Shown here one piece after another: positions 1-5,562 of a stretch of 8,330 bases of DNA. The first letter of the stretch is position 1. Each line of letters starts with the position of its first letter. The translations under genes and the position numbers were made by a program. Below the pieces are notes generated by a model that searched no databases, was not told the DNA's origin, and worked only from the letters and a program-made list of their open reading frames with translations. This stretch comes from PVC group bacterium (GTDB lineage Bacteria; GCA-001730085; JADFSZ01), in contig JADFSZ010000074.1 of the NCBI GenBank assembly GCA_022560555.1, positions 1 to 8,330 of the forward strand, read 5' to 3'.

Positions 1-465
1 TCTTATCTTTAGTCCCATCGTGAGCAGATCCGGGCTCTTTTTGATCCTATCGATCCTAGACTCCGGTCTTTTCAATGAAACAGCTTTTTTCAATGAAATA
101 ACTTTTTTCAATGAAACAAGCTCTTTGGGTAAGGGGTTTAGCGGATTATGATGTTCAAGACGGTACGGATGCGCTTCTACAGAAGTCAGTTTGGCTAATA
201 ACATGGATTCTTGAGAAACTTTTTTCAGACTGAGCGCATCCAGCGGATGCGCTCGGTCTGATTCCGTAATCTTTTCATTAGGAGGAGCATCCAAAATGTC
301 TTCAGCCTCAGAAACGGATTCCTCAAAAACAGCGTGAACAATGATGGGCGCTCTCGGTTTTTCTTTTGTATCGTGCGCGTTAAAAAACCCGCCCGGCATG
401 CCGGACATAAAGGCCAAATGAATAAGACTTGAGCCGAAAACAGCGCCCCAAAGGGATTTTTTCAT
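1..465 (-). CDS. Hypothetical N-terminally hydrophobic (signal/TM-anchored) repeat-containing protein, 3'-partial (runs off the window)
   Basis: Not in the supplied ORF track, because no stop lies in the window. Hand translation of the minus strand from ATG 465..463 is open for all 155 codons to position 1: MKKSLWGAVFGSSLIHLAFMSGMPGGFFNAHDTKEKPRAPIIVHAVFEES...KELVSLKKVISLKKAVSLKRPES.... It has a hydrophobic N-terminus and a weak SD (AAGG about 7 nt upstream). It contains three hexapeptide repeats encoded by an 18-bp x3 DNA repeat. The function is unknown. Confidence 0.55.
   Translation of the reverse strand, partial: MKKSLWGAVFGSSLIHLAFMSGMPGGFFNAHDTKEKPRAPIIVHAVFEESVSEAEDILDAPPNEKITESDRAHPLDALSLKKVSQESMLLAKLTSVEAHPYRLEHHNPLNPLPKELVSLKKVISLKKAVSLKRPESRIDRIKKSPDLLTMGLKIR
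66..120. repeat. 18-bp tandem repeat x3, in frame within the 1..465 ORF
   Basis: The motif tcaatgaaa recurs at 72, 90 and 108, an exact 18-bp period. The units are ttttcaatgaaacagc, ttttttcaatgaaataac and ttttttcaatgaaacaag. On the minus strand they encode LVSLKK/VISLKK/AVSLKR. Confidence 0.85.
226..260. repeat. 35-bp near-perfect GC-rich palindrome (hairpin) inside the 1..465 ORF
   Basis: The sequence is cagac-t-gagcgcatcc agc ggatgcgctc-g-gtctg. It has a perfect 10-bp inner stem (232..241 / 245..254) with a 3-nt loop. A 5-bp outer extension (226..230 / 256..260) follows across one mismatch. The half-site 10-mer cggatgcgct recurs at 166..175. Confidence 0.8.
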
Positions 466-563
466 TGAACAACCTTTTTCATTAAAAAACTTGTTTCATT
501 AAAAAAACTGTTTCATAGAAAACACTTTTTCAGTAAAAAATCATTTTCAGTGAAAAATCATTT
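462..563. repeat. Exactly phased 17-bp tandem repeat array, 6 units, filling the AT-rich intergenic region
   Basis: The plus-strand core TCA(T/G) starts at 462, 479, 496, 513, 530 and 547, with every spacing exactly 17 bp. The units resemble (T)nTCA(T/G)T(A/G)AAAAA and are quasi-palindromic. For example, 544..556 ttttcagtgaaaa is a perfect palindrome. Confidence 0.85.
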
Positions 564-1061
564 TTTGATTTTTAAACCTGACAAAACAACCTCTTCATCT
601 GACAACCACAAGACCTGCACTTGAATTTTTTTATAATCTGTACTTCCGTCTGTTGTATCCGAATCCAAATCGTCTGATAATACATTCGCGACAATTACAT
701 TTCTGGTATATTGGGTAAAATCACTCAACACAAGGCCCTGCCTGTCTTGAGGAGGCTGACTCGTCCAATCATCATAATCATCCACATCATCAAAAAGATT
801 TCGAGGTCCCGCGAGGAGTTCCCCCGCCTCCCGTCCGAAAGAACCGGCCGGCAAACCGGTGTCTTCAAAATCTTTGGACAAAACCTCAGCGAGTAAACCT
901 TGGGCCAAGTTGAGAGCAACATACGTACTAACTGGTTTGGCCGTGCGTGTTATAACAAGAGAAAATTGATCCATAAGCCCAACCAAAGCCACTCCTAAAA
1001 TAATGATGACCAAAATAAGTTCAATCAGTGTAAATCCGGATCTAGGACAATATTTTATCAT
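558..1061 (-). CDS. Minor pseudopilin with prepilin-type N-terminal cleavage/methylation motif (GspI/PilV-like)
   Basis: ORF of 167 aa with an ATG start. The leader is MIKYCPRSG|FTLIELILVIIILGVALVGL, giving G-1, F+1, E+5 and a hydrophobic helix. The following helix (YVALNLAQGLLAEVL) and the C-terminal beta-like tail (KKIQVQVLWLSDEEVVLSGL) resemble GspI/PilV-type minor pilins. It has an acidic D-rich middle. The subtype call is from memory of family patterns, not from a search. Confidence 0.8.
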   Translation of the reverse strand: MIKYCPRSGFTLIELILVIIILGVALVGLMDQFSLVITRTAKPVSTYVALNLAQGLLAEVLSKDFEDTGLPAGSFGREAGELLAGPRNLFDDVDDYDDWTSQPPQDRQGLVLSDFTQYTRNVIVANVLSDDLDSDTTDGSTDYKKIQVQVLWLSDEEVVLSGLKIKK

Positions 1062-1091
1062 GGCTTGAATGATTTAGAATAAAATTCTGCT

Positions 1092-1622
1092 CTAATTATG
1101 AATGTGCCCGGTTCCCGGCTCAATAAAAATCGTCCGAGTCGAAATGCCGTTCGACAAAACAACTTCCCCTAAAACAACCATCGTATCATTGGTGTCTCCC
1201 ATAAGAGGCTCTCCAAAAACATTAAACTTCACAATCTGAGAGCCGTCAAACGATGCAGAATCAATATGAACGTTTTTAAAAATTCCCTGATTTAATTGAT
1301 TCACAAACGGCCCCAAATCATGCGGATTACTGATTTGATCCGTTGTGTCATCCCCCTCAAACACATAGTACAAATCAGCCGGAATGTCAAAAAAAACCCC
1401 GTAAATCGCGTGCCGGGTGACACTCAAACGCTGTGTAAAACGCATGTCCGAAATCACCCGGTCCACAGCACTCGATAACCTGACAGCAGGTACCACGCGC
1501 ATACGGGGAATAAGGACAAGCGACAAAACACCTATGATCCCGAGAACAAGAATAAGCTCCATAAGTGAAAACCCCTTTTTAAACCGGCTGCGATGCGATG
1601 ACAAACAAAAAAAGGGAGGCAT
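1092..1622 (-). CDS. Minor pseudopilin, GspH/FimT-like, with prepilin-type N-terminal motif
   Basis: The prepilin motif is RFKKG|FSLMELILVLGIIGVLSLVLIP, with E at +5. It is followed by a GspH/FimT-like segment (AVDRVISDMRFTQRLSVTRHAIYGVFFD) and a C-terminal ...RTIFIEPGTGHIHN. The start is ambiguous. The track gives ATG 1661, which has no SD. I prefer ATG 1622, with GGGAGG 9 nt upstream. TTG 1604 would give an 11-aa leader. The stop is at 1092..1094. Confidence 0.75.
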   Translation of the reverse strand: MPPFFCLSSHRSRFKKGFSLMELILVLGIIGVLSLVLIPRMRVVPAVRLSSAVDRVISDMRFTQRLSVTRHAIYGVFFDIPADLYYVFEGDDTTDQISNPHDLGPFVNQLNQGIFKNVHIDSASFDGSQIVKFNVFGEPLMGDTNDTMVVLGEVVLSNGISTRTIFIEPGTGHIHN

Positions 1623-1640
1623 CCATGGATGCCTCCCTTT
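1601..1640 (-). terminator. Rho-independent terminator/attenuator downstream of the major pilin gene
   Basis: A perfect 30-bp palindrome lies at 1611..1640: AAAGGGAGGCATC CATG GATGCCTCCCTTT, a 13-bp stem with a 4-nt loop. On the minus strand it runs directly into TTTTTTTGTTTG. It begins 36 nt after the major pilin stop (1677..1679). On the plus strand only 3 T follow, so it is unidirectional for the minus strand. Confidence 0.8.
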
Positions 1641-1676
1641 GATCTTAATCCTTAGATTCATAAAAGCTTGTTTCTA

Positions 1677-2066
1677 TTACTGTTCGGAAAACCTTCCTGT
1701 TGCCGGATCATACACGTAAGTTCGGTCTGAGCTGCCTACCGGAACAGTATATGTGTTCGAATCACGCGGCTCGTTTTCCCATTGACTTTCAGTTAATCCC
1801 AACTGATCCAAAACAACCTCAAACAATCCTGTGTTGGACTGGTCAACCTCAAGATCATCCGGCCACCGATCAAAACCGTTCACAAGATCTTCCGCGTGAT
1901 AAATCATGATACCCGCTCTCACAGCGCCAACCACTCCGTCCACAGCAGCCTCTTGAGCATCTTCTCTCAAATCTATAAAACGAGGAACAGCAACAACAGC
2001 GAGAATTCCCAGAATAACAATGACCATGATCAGTTCAATCAGAGTAAAACCTTTATTCTTCGCCAT
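1677..2066 (-). CDS. Major pilin/pseudopilin-like protein (type IV pilin / T2SS GspG-like class), 129 aa
   Basis: Within the 170-aa track ORF, the internal ATG at 2066 is preceded by AAAGGAGGAAAGCAG, a strong SD with about 7-8 nt spacing. It gives MAKNKG|FTLIELIMVIVILGILAVVAVPRF, a short basic leader with G-1, F+1, E+5 and a hydrophobic helix. There are no cysteines. It is the first gene after the promoter and is followed by a strong terminator, which fits a major subunit. Confidence 0.85.
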   Translation of the reverse strand: MAKNKGFTLIELIMVIVILGILAVVAVPRFIDLREDAQEAAVDGVVGAVRAGIMIYHAEDLVNGFDRWPDDLEVDQSNTGLFEVVLDQLGLTESQWENEPRDSNTYTVPVGSSDRTYVYDPATGRFSEQ

Positions 2067-2114
2067 CTGCTTTCCTCCTTTCGAGTTTATGAATATATAG
2101 TTGTAACACCTACT

Positions 2115-2144
2115 ATTATAAGCACAAAAAGCCAAATACTTCAA
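2115..2144 (-). promoter_or_regulatory. Putative sigma70 promoter of the pseudopilin operon
   Basis: The minus strand reads TTGAAG (2144..2139), then an 18-nt spacer, then TATAAT (2120..2115). It lies in the gap between the pfk stop (2173) and the pilin ATG (2066). It would give a leader of roughly 40 nt. This is sequence pattern only. Confidence 0.55.
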
Positions 2145-2172
2145 CCAAAAAATCCTTTTCCGTTCTAAAAGC

Positions 2173-3390
2173 TCAATAATGCCGGTCAACGATTTCTGTT
2201 ATCTCAACACATTCGGCTTTGAAATCTTGCTTCGAAGAACGTCCAAAACATACGCCCAAAGATTCATAGAATTCAACAACACTGAGATCTACGTATCTTG
2301 GCACAATAGCATCTTGAGTTTTCATATAGCGCACTTGATGGCCTTTCACATCAACCACCGTAACTCCGGATAAACCCTGCTTCAGCAATATCACAGCAGC
2401 GGCACCCGCTTCCCGCCCAAAACTGACATCAAAAGCAGAAGTTTGTCCGCAACGCACCAAATGTCCGGGGCGAACATCCCGAATCTCAGGAATTTCATAC
2501 AGATCCTGAACAAACATTCCGGTGGTCTCCATAAATTGACGCAATTCGGCATCTTGTTTCATACGCTTTTCAACCTGTTGACACACATATTTACCCGCCC
2601 CGGCCAATTTCTTATGTCCAAAAGTATCCAATCCGGCCGATTCATCATAAATTCCTTTTCCATTGATATCTTTCAAGCCCTCCGCAACAACAATGGTGTA
2701 CGTTCCGGACTTCACATCGCTTTTTTCAATGCGACCCATATAAACCTTTTTCATATGTTCATACACAATGTCCATATCAACGGGAACTTCCGGGATGAGA
2801 ATACAGTCCGCGTCCGCCCCAAGGCCGCCCCGAAAAGCCGTATGTCCGGCATATCGCCCAAACACTTCAACCACAATAATACGGTTGTGGGTCTTCCCTG
2901 TCGTTTTTAAATCAACCACAAATTGGCTAATACGGTTAATGGTGGAGTCCCCCCCGACAGAATAAGGCTGAAGATCCAAATCCATCGTTTTTGGAGCTTG
3001 CACACAGGCGATCCCGTGGCTAGCGAGATCCACCATCACGGATCCGGTATCATCTCCTCCGCTAATCACCAGCCCGTCAATTTGAAATTTTTCTAAACCC
3101 TGTTTAATACGCTGATACTTTTGCTCATCCTTAATTTTCTTGATTTTCACGCGAGAATGTCCGGCCTCGGAACCCGCTAGATTCGAATCGATAAAATCAA
3201 CTCTTTGAGGCGTCAGTGTCACCAATTCTTTAAATTGAATCAAGTTGTAAAGACCGGCATATCCGTTCGGAATGATAACAATCTCAATCCCGTTACGAAG
3301 GGCCATTTGCGCCGCTCCTTTAATCACAGCGTTCAGGCCTCCGCAATCTCCACCACTCGTAATCACTCCAATTCGTTTCATCTCTCCCAC
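2173..3390 (-). CDS. pfp: 6-phosphofructokinase, PfkA family, probably pyrophosphate-dependent
   Basis: ORF of 405 aa. PFK motifs present are MKRIGVITSGGDCGGLNAVIKG, ISGGDDTGS, APKTMDLDL, VEVFGRYAGH and PGHLVRCG. Asp in GGDD and Lys in PKT occupy the positions that are Gly/Gly in ATP-dependent enzymes. The GTG start at 3390 lies 5 nt after AGGAGG. The ATG at 3381 (MKRIGV...) is the homology-typical alternative. Confidence 0.9.
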   Translation of the reverse strand: MGEMKRIGVITSGGDCGGLNAVIKGAAQMALRNGIEIVIIPNGYAGLYNLIQFKELVTLTPQRVDFIDSNLAGSEAGHSRVKIKKIKDEQKYQRIKQGLEKFQIDGLVISGGDDTGSVMVDLASHGIACVQAPKTMDLDLQPYSVGGDSTINRISQFVVDLKTTGKTHNRIIVVEVFGRYAGHTAFRGGLGADADCILIPEVPVDMDIVYEHMKKVYMGRIEKSDVKSGTYTIVVAEGLKDINGKGIYDESAGLDTFGHKKLAGAGKYVCQQVEKRMKQDAELRQFMETTGMFVQDLYEIPEIRDVRPGHLVRCGQTSAFDVSFGREAGAAAVILLKQGLSGVTVVDVKGHQVRYMKTQDAIVPRYVDLSVVEFYESLGVCFGRSSKQDFKAECVEITEIVDRHY

Positions 3391-3430
3391 AACATCCTCC
3401 TTGACTTAAACCAGGTCGATCCCACAGCGC

Positions 3431-3904
3431 TTAAAGCGCTTTGATCCTACTGATCATTTCGGTTGTTGAAAATCCGTCTAAAAAATCAATTGTAGCCACT
3501 TTCCCTCCGTACGCCTCTACTGTATCGGCCCCCACAATCTCGTTCTTTCGATAATCCCCTCCCTTAACCAAAATGTCGGGCTTAACAAGCTCAATCAGTT
3601 TCTGAGGTGTGTCATCATCAAAAAAAACAACATAATCAACACTCGTCAAAGACGCCAAAACACACGCACGATCTTTTTCACAAACAAGTGGACGCTTCGG
3701 CCCCTTGATACGCTTGACAGAGGCGTCCGTGTTTAATCCTACGACAAGACAGTCTCCCATATTTTTCGCGTGATTAAGATAATACACGTGTCCGGGATGG
3801 AGTATATCAAAACACCCGTTTGTGAAAACAATGGTCTTTTTTTCACTTTTGATTTTTTCTAACAAGGGCCGAACAGAATCCCCATTTTGAATTTTCGAAT
3901 CCAT
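3431..3904 (-). CDS. rfaE2: D-glycero-beta-D-manno-heptose 1-phosphate adenylyltransferase (RfaE domain II / HldC), stand-alone
   Basis: ORF of 157 aa. It carries the cytidylyltransferase-fold motif VFTNGCFDILHPGHVYYLNHAK and the rest of the RfaE domain II pattern (...VVGLNTDASVKRIKGPKRP...VDYVVFFDDDTP..LI..VKPDILVKGGDY). The ATG follows the gmhA stop with a 1-nt spacer (TAAtATG), which suggests translational coupling. Confidence 0.85.
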   Translation of the reverse strand: MDSKIQNGDSVRPLLEKIKSEKKTIVFTNGCFDILHPGHVYYLNHAKNMGDCLVVGLNTDASVKRIKGPKRPLVCEKDRACVLASLTSVDYVVFFDDDTPQKLIELVKPDILVKGGDYRKNEIVGADTVEAYGGKVATIDFLDGFSTTEMISRIKAL

Positions 3905-3905
3905 A

Positions 3906-4487
3906 TTATTTGGGGAACATTTCCTTTTCTACCATTTCACATATTAAGTGCCCTACCAGCATCATCCCCTGTTGAATCAAAGCCGTATCGTCCGAGGGAA
4001 TAATCAAAAGATGATCAGCGCATTTTTCTAGTCCTTGAGATGATGATCCCGTCCAAACCATGGTACTTGCCCCTTTCGTCCGTGCTCTCTCAAGCCCCAA
4101 GATCACATTTTGGGATCGACCACTGGTTGTCAAACCCACGCACACATCCTTCACATCCACCAAGCCCTCGATTTGTCGGGCAAATATATGATCGTATCCA
4201 TAGTCATTCGCCAAACACGTCAACACAGCCGGATTGCTCGTGAGAGCCAACGCCGGCAGAGCCAAACGGTCTTTTTTAAATCGTCCGATAAATTCGGCGG
4301 CGAGATGCATGGCATCGGCCGCACTTCCGCCGTTTCCAAAAAACACAATTTTTCCGTTATTTTTCAATATCTCGACAAAAACAGAAAACACATGATAAAT
4401 ATCATCCACATTACTTTGAATCATCTGTTGTTTCAAATCCACATCTCTTTCTATGGCTTTGACAATATCATTACGTTTAGAGCTCAT
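3906..4487 (-). CDS. gmhA: D-sedoheptulose 7-phosphate isomerase (phosphoheptose isomerase, SIS domain)
   Basis: ORF of 193 aa with a SIS-domain pattern: KIVFFGNGGSAADAMHLAAEFIGRF...LTSN.AVLTCLANDYGYDHIFARQ...GLTTSGRSQNV. The SD AAGGAGA lies 6 nt upstream of the ATG. Adjacency to rfaE2 favours GmhA over the homologous DiaA. Confidence 0.85.
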   Translation of the reverse strand: MSSKRNDIVKAIERDVDLKQQMIQSNVDDIYHVFSVFVEILKNNGKIVFFGNGGSAADAMHLAAEFIGRFKKDRLALPALALTSNPAVLTCLANDYGYDHIFARQIEGLVDVKDVCVGLTTSGRSQNVILGLERARTKGASTMVWTGSSSQGLEKCADHLLIIPSDDTALIQQGMMLVGHLICEMVEKEMFPK

Positions 4488-4513
4488 AAGGGCTCTCCTT
4501 TACTTGGTAAAAT

Positions 4514-5146
4514 TCATGAGCGGTATGGATGAGCTTGAGTTCCTTGGGGCGCCTCAACACCATCATCTTTCGCCGGTCGTTGAGGCATAATGCGATCGAT
4601 ACTGACATAAACACGAACTTTTGTTTCTACACCCAAAAGCTCTTCCATGCTTTTTCGAATCTTCTCTTGGACATTGTCAGCAATATCAGGAACGTTGGAT
4701 CCGGCCCAAATGGAAACACGGCTATAAACCCGCACCTCACTCTTTTTGGTCTTGATCTTGGAGCGCACATCCCGCACTTCTTCAATTTTGACTCCGCATT
4801 TCTGTATAAATTCTTCGACGGCCGCGAGAGAAATACGGATTTCACCTAAAGAATTACGAATAGAGATAAACTTAGCTTTACGCCCTCGGCTAATGAGAAT
4901 TTTTAGAATGCTATAGCCCATCAAAAACAAAACGGTCCCGAATAAAAACACGAGCAATGTTTGATACAAACTGCTTCCCATCGTCACACGAAACCAATCA
5001 AAAAATGCGGGGCAGGCTTGATAAATCTCTGAGTCCTCAGGGAGAACATTGATCGAAAAACTCAAAAGCAAAAGCAAAATAACAGCTCCGATCCCCAGCA
5101 AAAAAACCGCGTAAAATACCAGCATAAAGCGACCTCTTTTTAACAT
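4514..5146 (-). CDS. amaP: AmaP-like alkaline shock response membrane anchor protein (2 TM helices plus an Asp23-like C-terminal domain)
   Basis: Two hydrophobic helices are present (FMLVFYAVFLLGIGAVILLLLLSF and LYQTLLVFLFGTVLFLMGYSILKIL). They are followed by an Asp23-like domain (GEIRISLAAVEEFIQKCGVKIEEVRDVRSKI...VRVYSRVSIWAGSNVPDIADNVQEKIRKSMEELLG...VRVYVSID). It sits directly downstream of an Asp23 gene. The track ORF starts at TTG 5191 and there is an ATG at 5170. I prefer ATG 5146, which has AGGAG 10 nt upstream and does not overlap the asp23 stop. Confidence 0.7.
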   Translation of the reverse strand: MLKRGRFMLVFYAVFLLGIGAVILLLLLSFSINVLPEDSEIYQACPAFFDWFRVTMGSSLYQTLLVFLFGTVLFLMGYSILKILISRGRKAKFISIRNSLGEIRISLAAVEEFIQKCGVKIEEVRDVRSKIKTKKSEVRVYSRVSIWAGSNVPDIADNVQEKIRKSMEELLGVETKVRVYVSIDRIMPQRPAKDDGVEAPQGTQAHPYRS

Positions 5147-5159
5147 AGCTTTCCTGCTC

Positions 5160-5537
5160 CTAGCGTTCATCCTTAATGTTCTGAATATCAATGTTCACTT
5201 GACGCACTTCCATCTCTGTCAAATCACGAATCTTTTTAGAAATGTTCCGTTGAAGTTCTTTTATGACATGAGGAATGTTCACACCATAGTCGACCTTGAC
5301 ATACAGCTGAAGCGTGAGTTTACCATCCTTTTCCTCAAGCTGGATACCTTTTTCTAGTTTCTTCTTTTTGAACAACTTTATTACGCCATCCACAAAACTG
5401 TAAGGCAGAGGATAAACCCCATCGGTTTCCGTCAACACGATACCCACGATGGACAAGATCACCTGTTCATGAATACGAAGATTCCCCAACCCCGGATCTC
5501 TTGCTAAAAATGTTTTGTGTTTGTCAGCTTTTTCCAA
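5160..5537 (-). CDS. Asp23/Gls24-family (alkaline shock protein 23-like) protein
   Basis: The Asp23 pattern is present: LRIHEQVILSIVGIVLTETDGV...GIQLEEKDGKLTLQLYVKVDYGVNIPHVIKELQRNISKKIRDLTEMEVRQVNIDIQNI. The track start (TTG 5633) would overlap accC by 71 nt and add a non-homologous N-terminus. TTG 5537, downstream of the accC stop, gives about 125 aa, typical for the family. The start is uncertain and the stop is at 5160..5162. Confidence 0.75.
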   Translation of the reverse strand: MEKADKHKTFLARDPGLGNLRIHEQVILSIVGIVLTETDGVYPLPYSFVDGVIKLFKKKKLEKGIQLEEKDGKLTLQLYVKVDYGVNIPHVIKELQRNISKKIRDLTEMEVRQVNIDIQNIKDER

Positions 5538-5562
5538 ACAGGCATCTTGTTTTTTTTCGTTT

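Noticed and set aside
393-404. A 12-bp perfect palindrome, CCGGCATGCCGG, inside the 1..465 ORF.
   Set aside because: It is short, has no flanking context, and could arise by chance or be a restriction-type site. Nothing further can be supported.
1-465. TonB-like identity for the partial ORF, based on an S-x3-H pattern in the N-terminal hydrophobic segment (SSLIH) followed by EKPRAPIIV.
   Set aside because: The evidence is only a 5-residue pattern and a short Pro/Lys stretch. The diagnostic C-terminal domain lies outside the window. It is kept as hypothetical.
462-563. The 17-bp repeat array read as a CRISPR array, as plasmid iterons/origin, or as Fur boxes in front of a TonB-like gene.
   Set aside because: CRISPR is excluded because the units abut with no spacers and are too short. 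For iterons, no rep gene, DnaA boxes or plasmid context is visible. The Fur-box idea rests only on AATGATTTT-type A/T-rich similarity, about 9 of the first 12 positions by eye, which is expected by chance in sequence this AT-rich.
1062-1091. A small inverted repeat, AGAAT-TTT-ATTCT, between the two minor pseudopilin genes.
   Set aside because: It is a 5-bp A/T-rich stem with no T-tract and is too weak to assign any function.
2147-2171. A possible terminator after pfk: CTTTT-AGAACGG-AAAAG followed by GATTTTTT on the minus strand.
   Set aside because: The stem is only 5 bp, four of them A:U. That is too weak to call, although the T-run and its position just upstream of the pilin promoter are suggestive.
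2067-2189. N-terminal extension of the major pilin ORF (TTG 2189, 170 aa), overlapping the pfk 3' end.
   Set aside because: The extension would bury the prepilin leader 41 residues into the protein and would run across the putative promoter. The ATG at 2066 has a strong GGAGG SD and yields a canonical short basic leader.
4517-4531. The peptide AHPYR is shared between the AmaP-like C-terminus (QAHPYRS) and the 1..465 ORF (EAHPYRL, around 160..180).
   Set aside because: A single 5-residue match among all protein pairs in the window is within chance expectation. The codons differ and there is no extended similarity.
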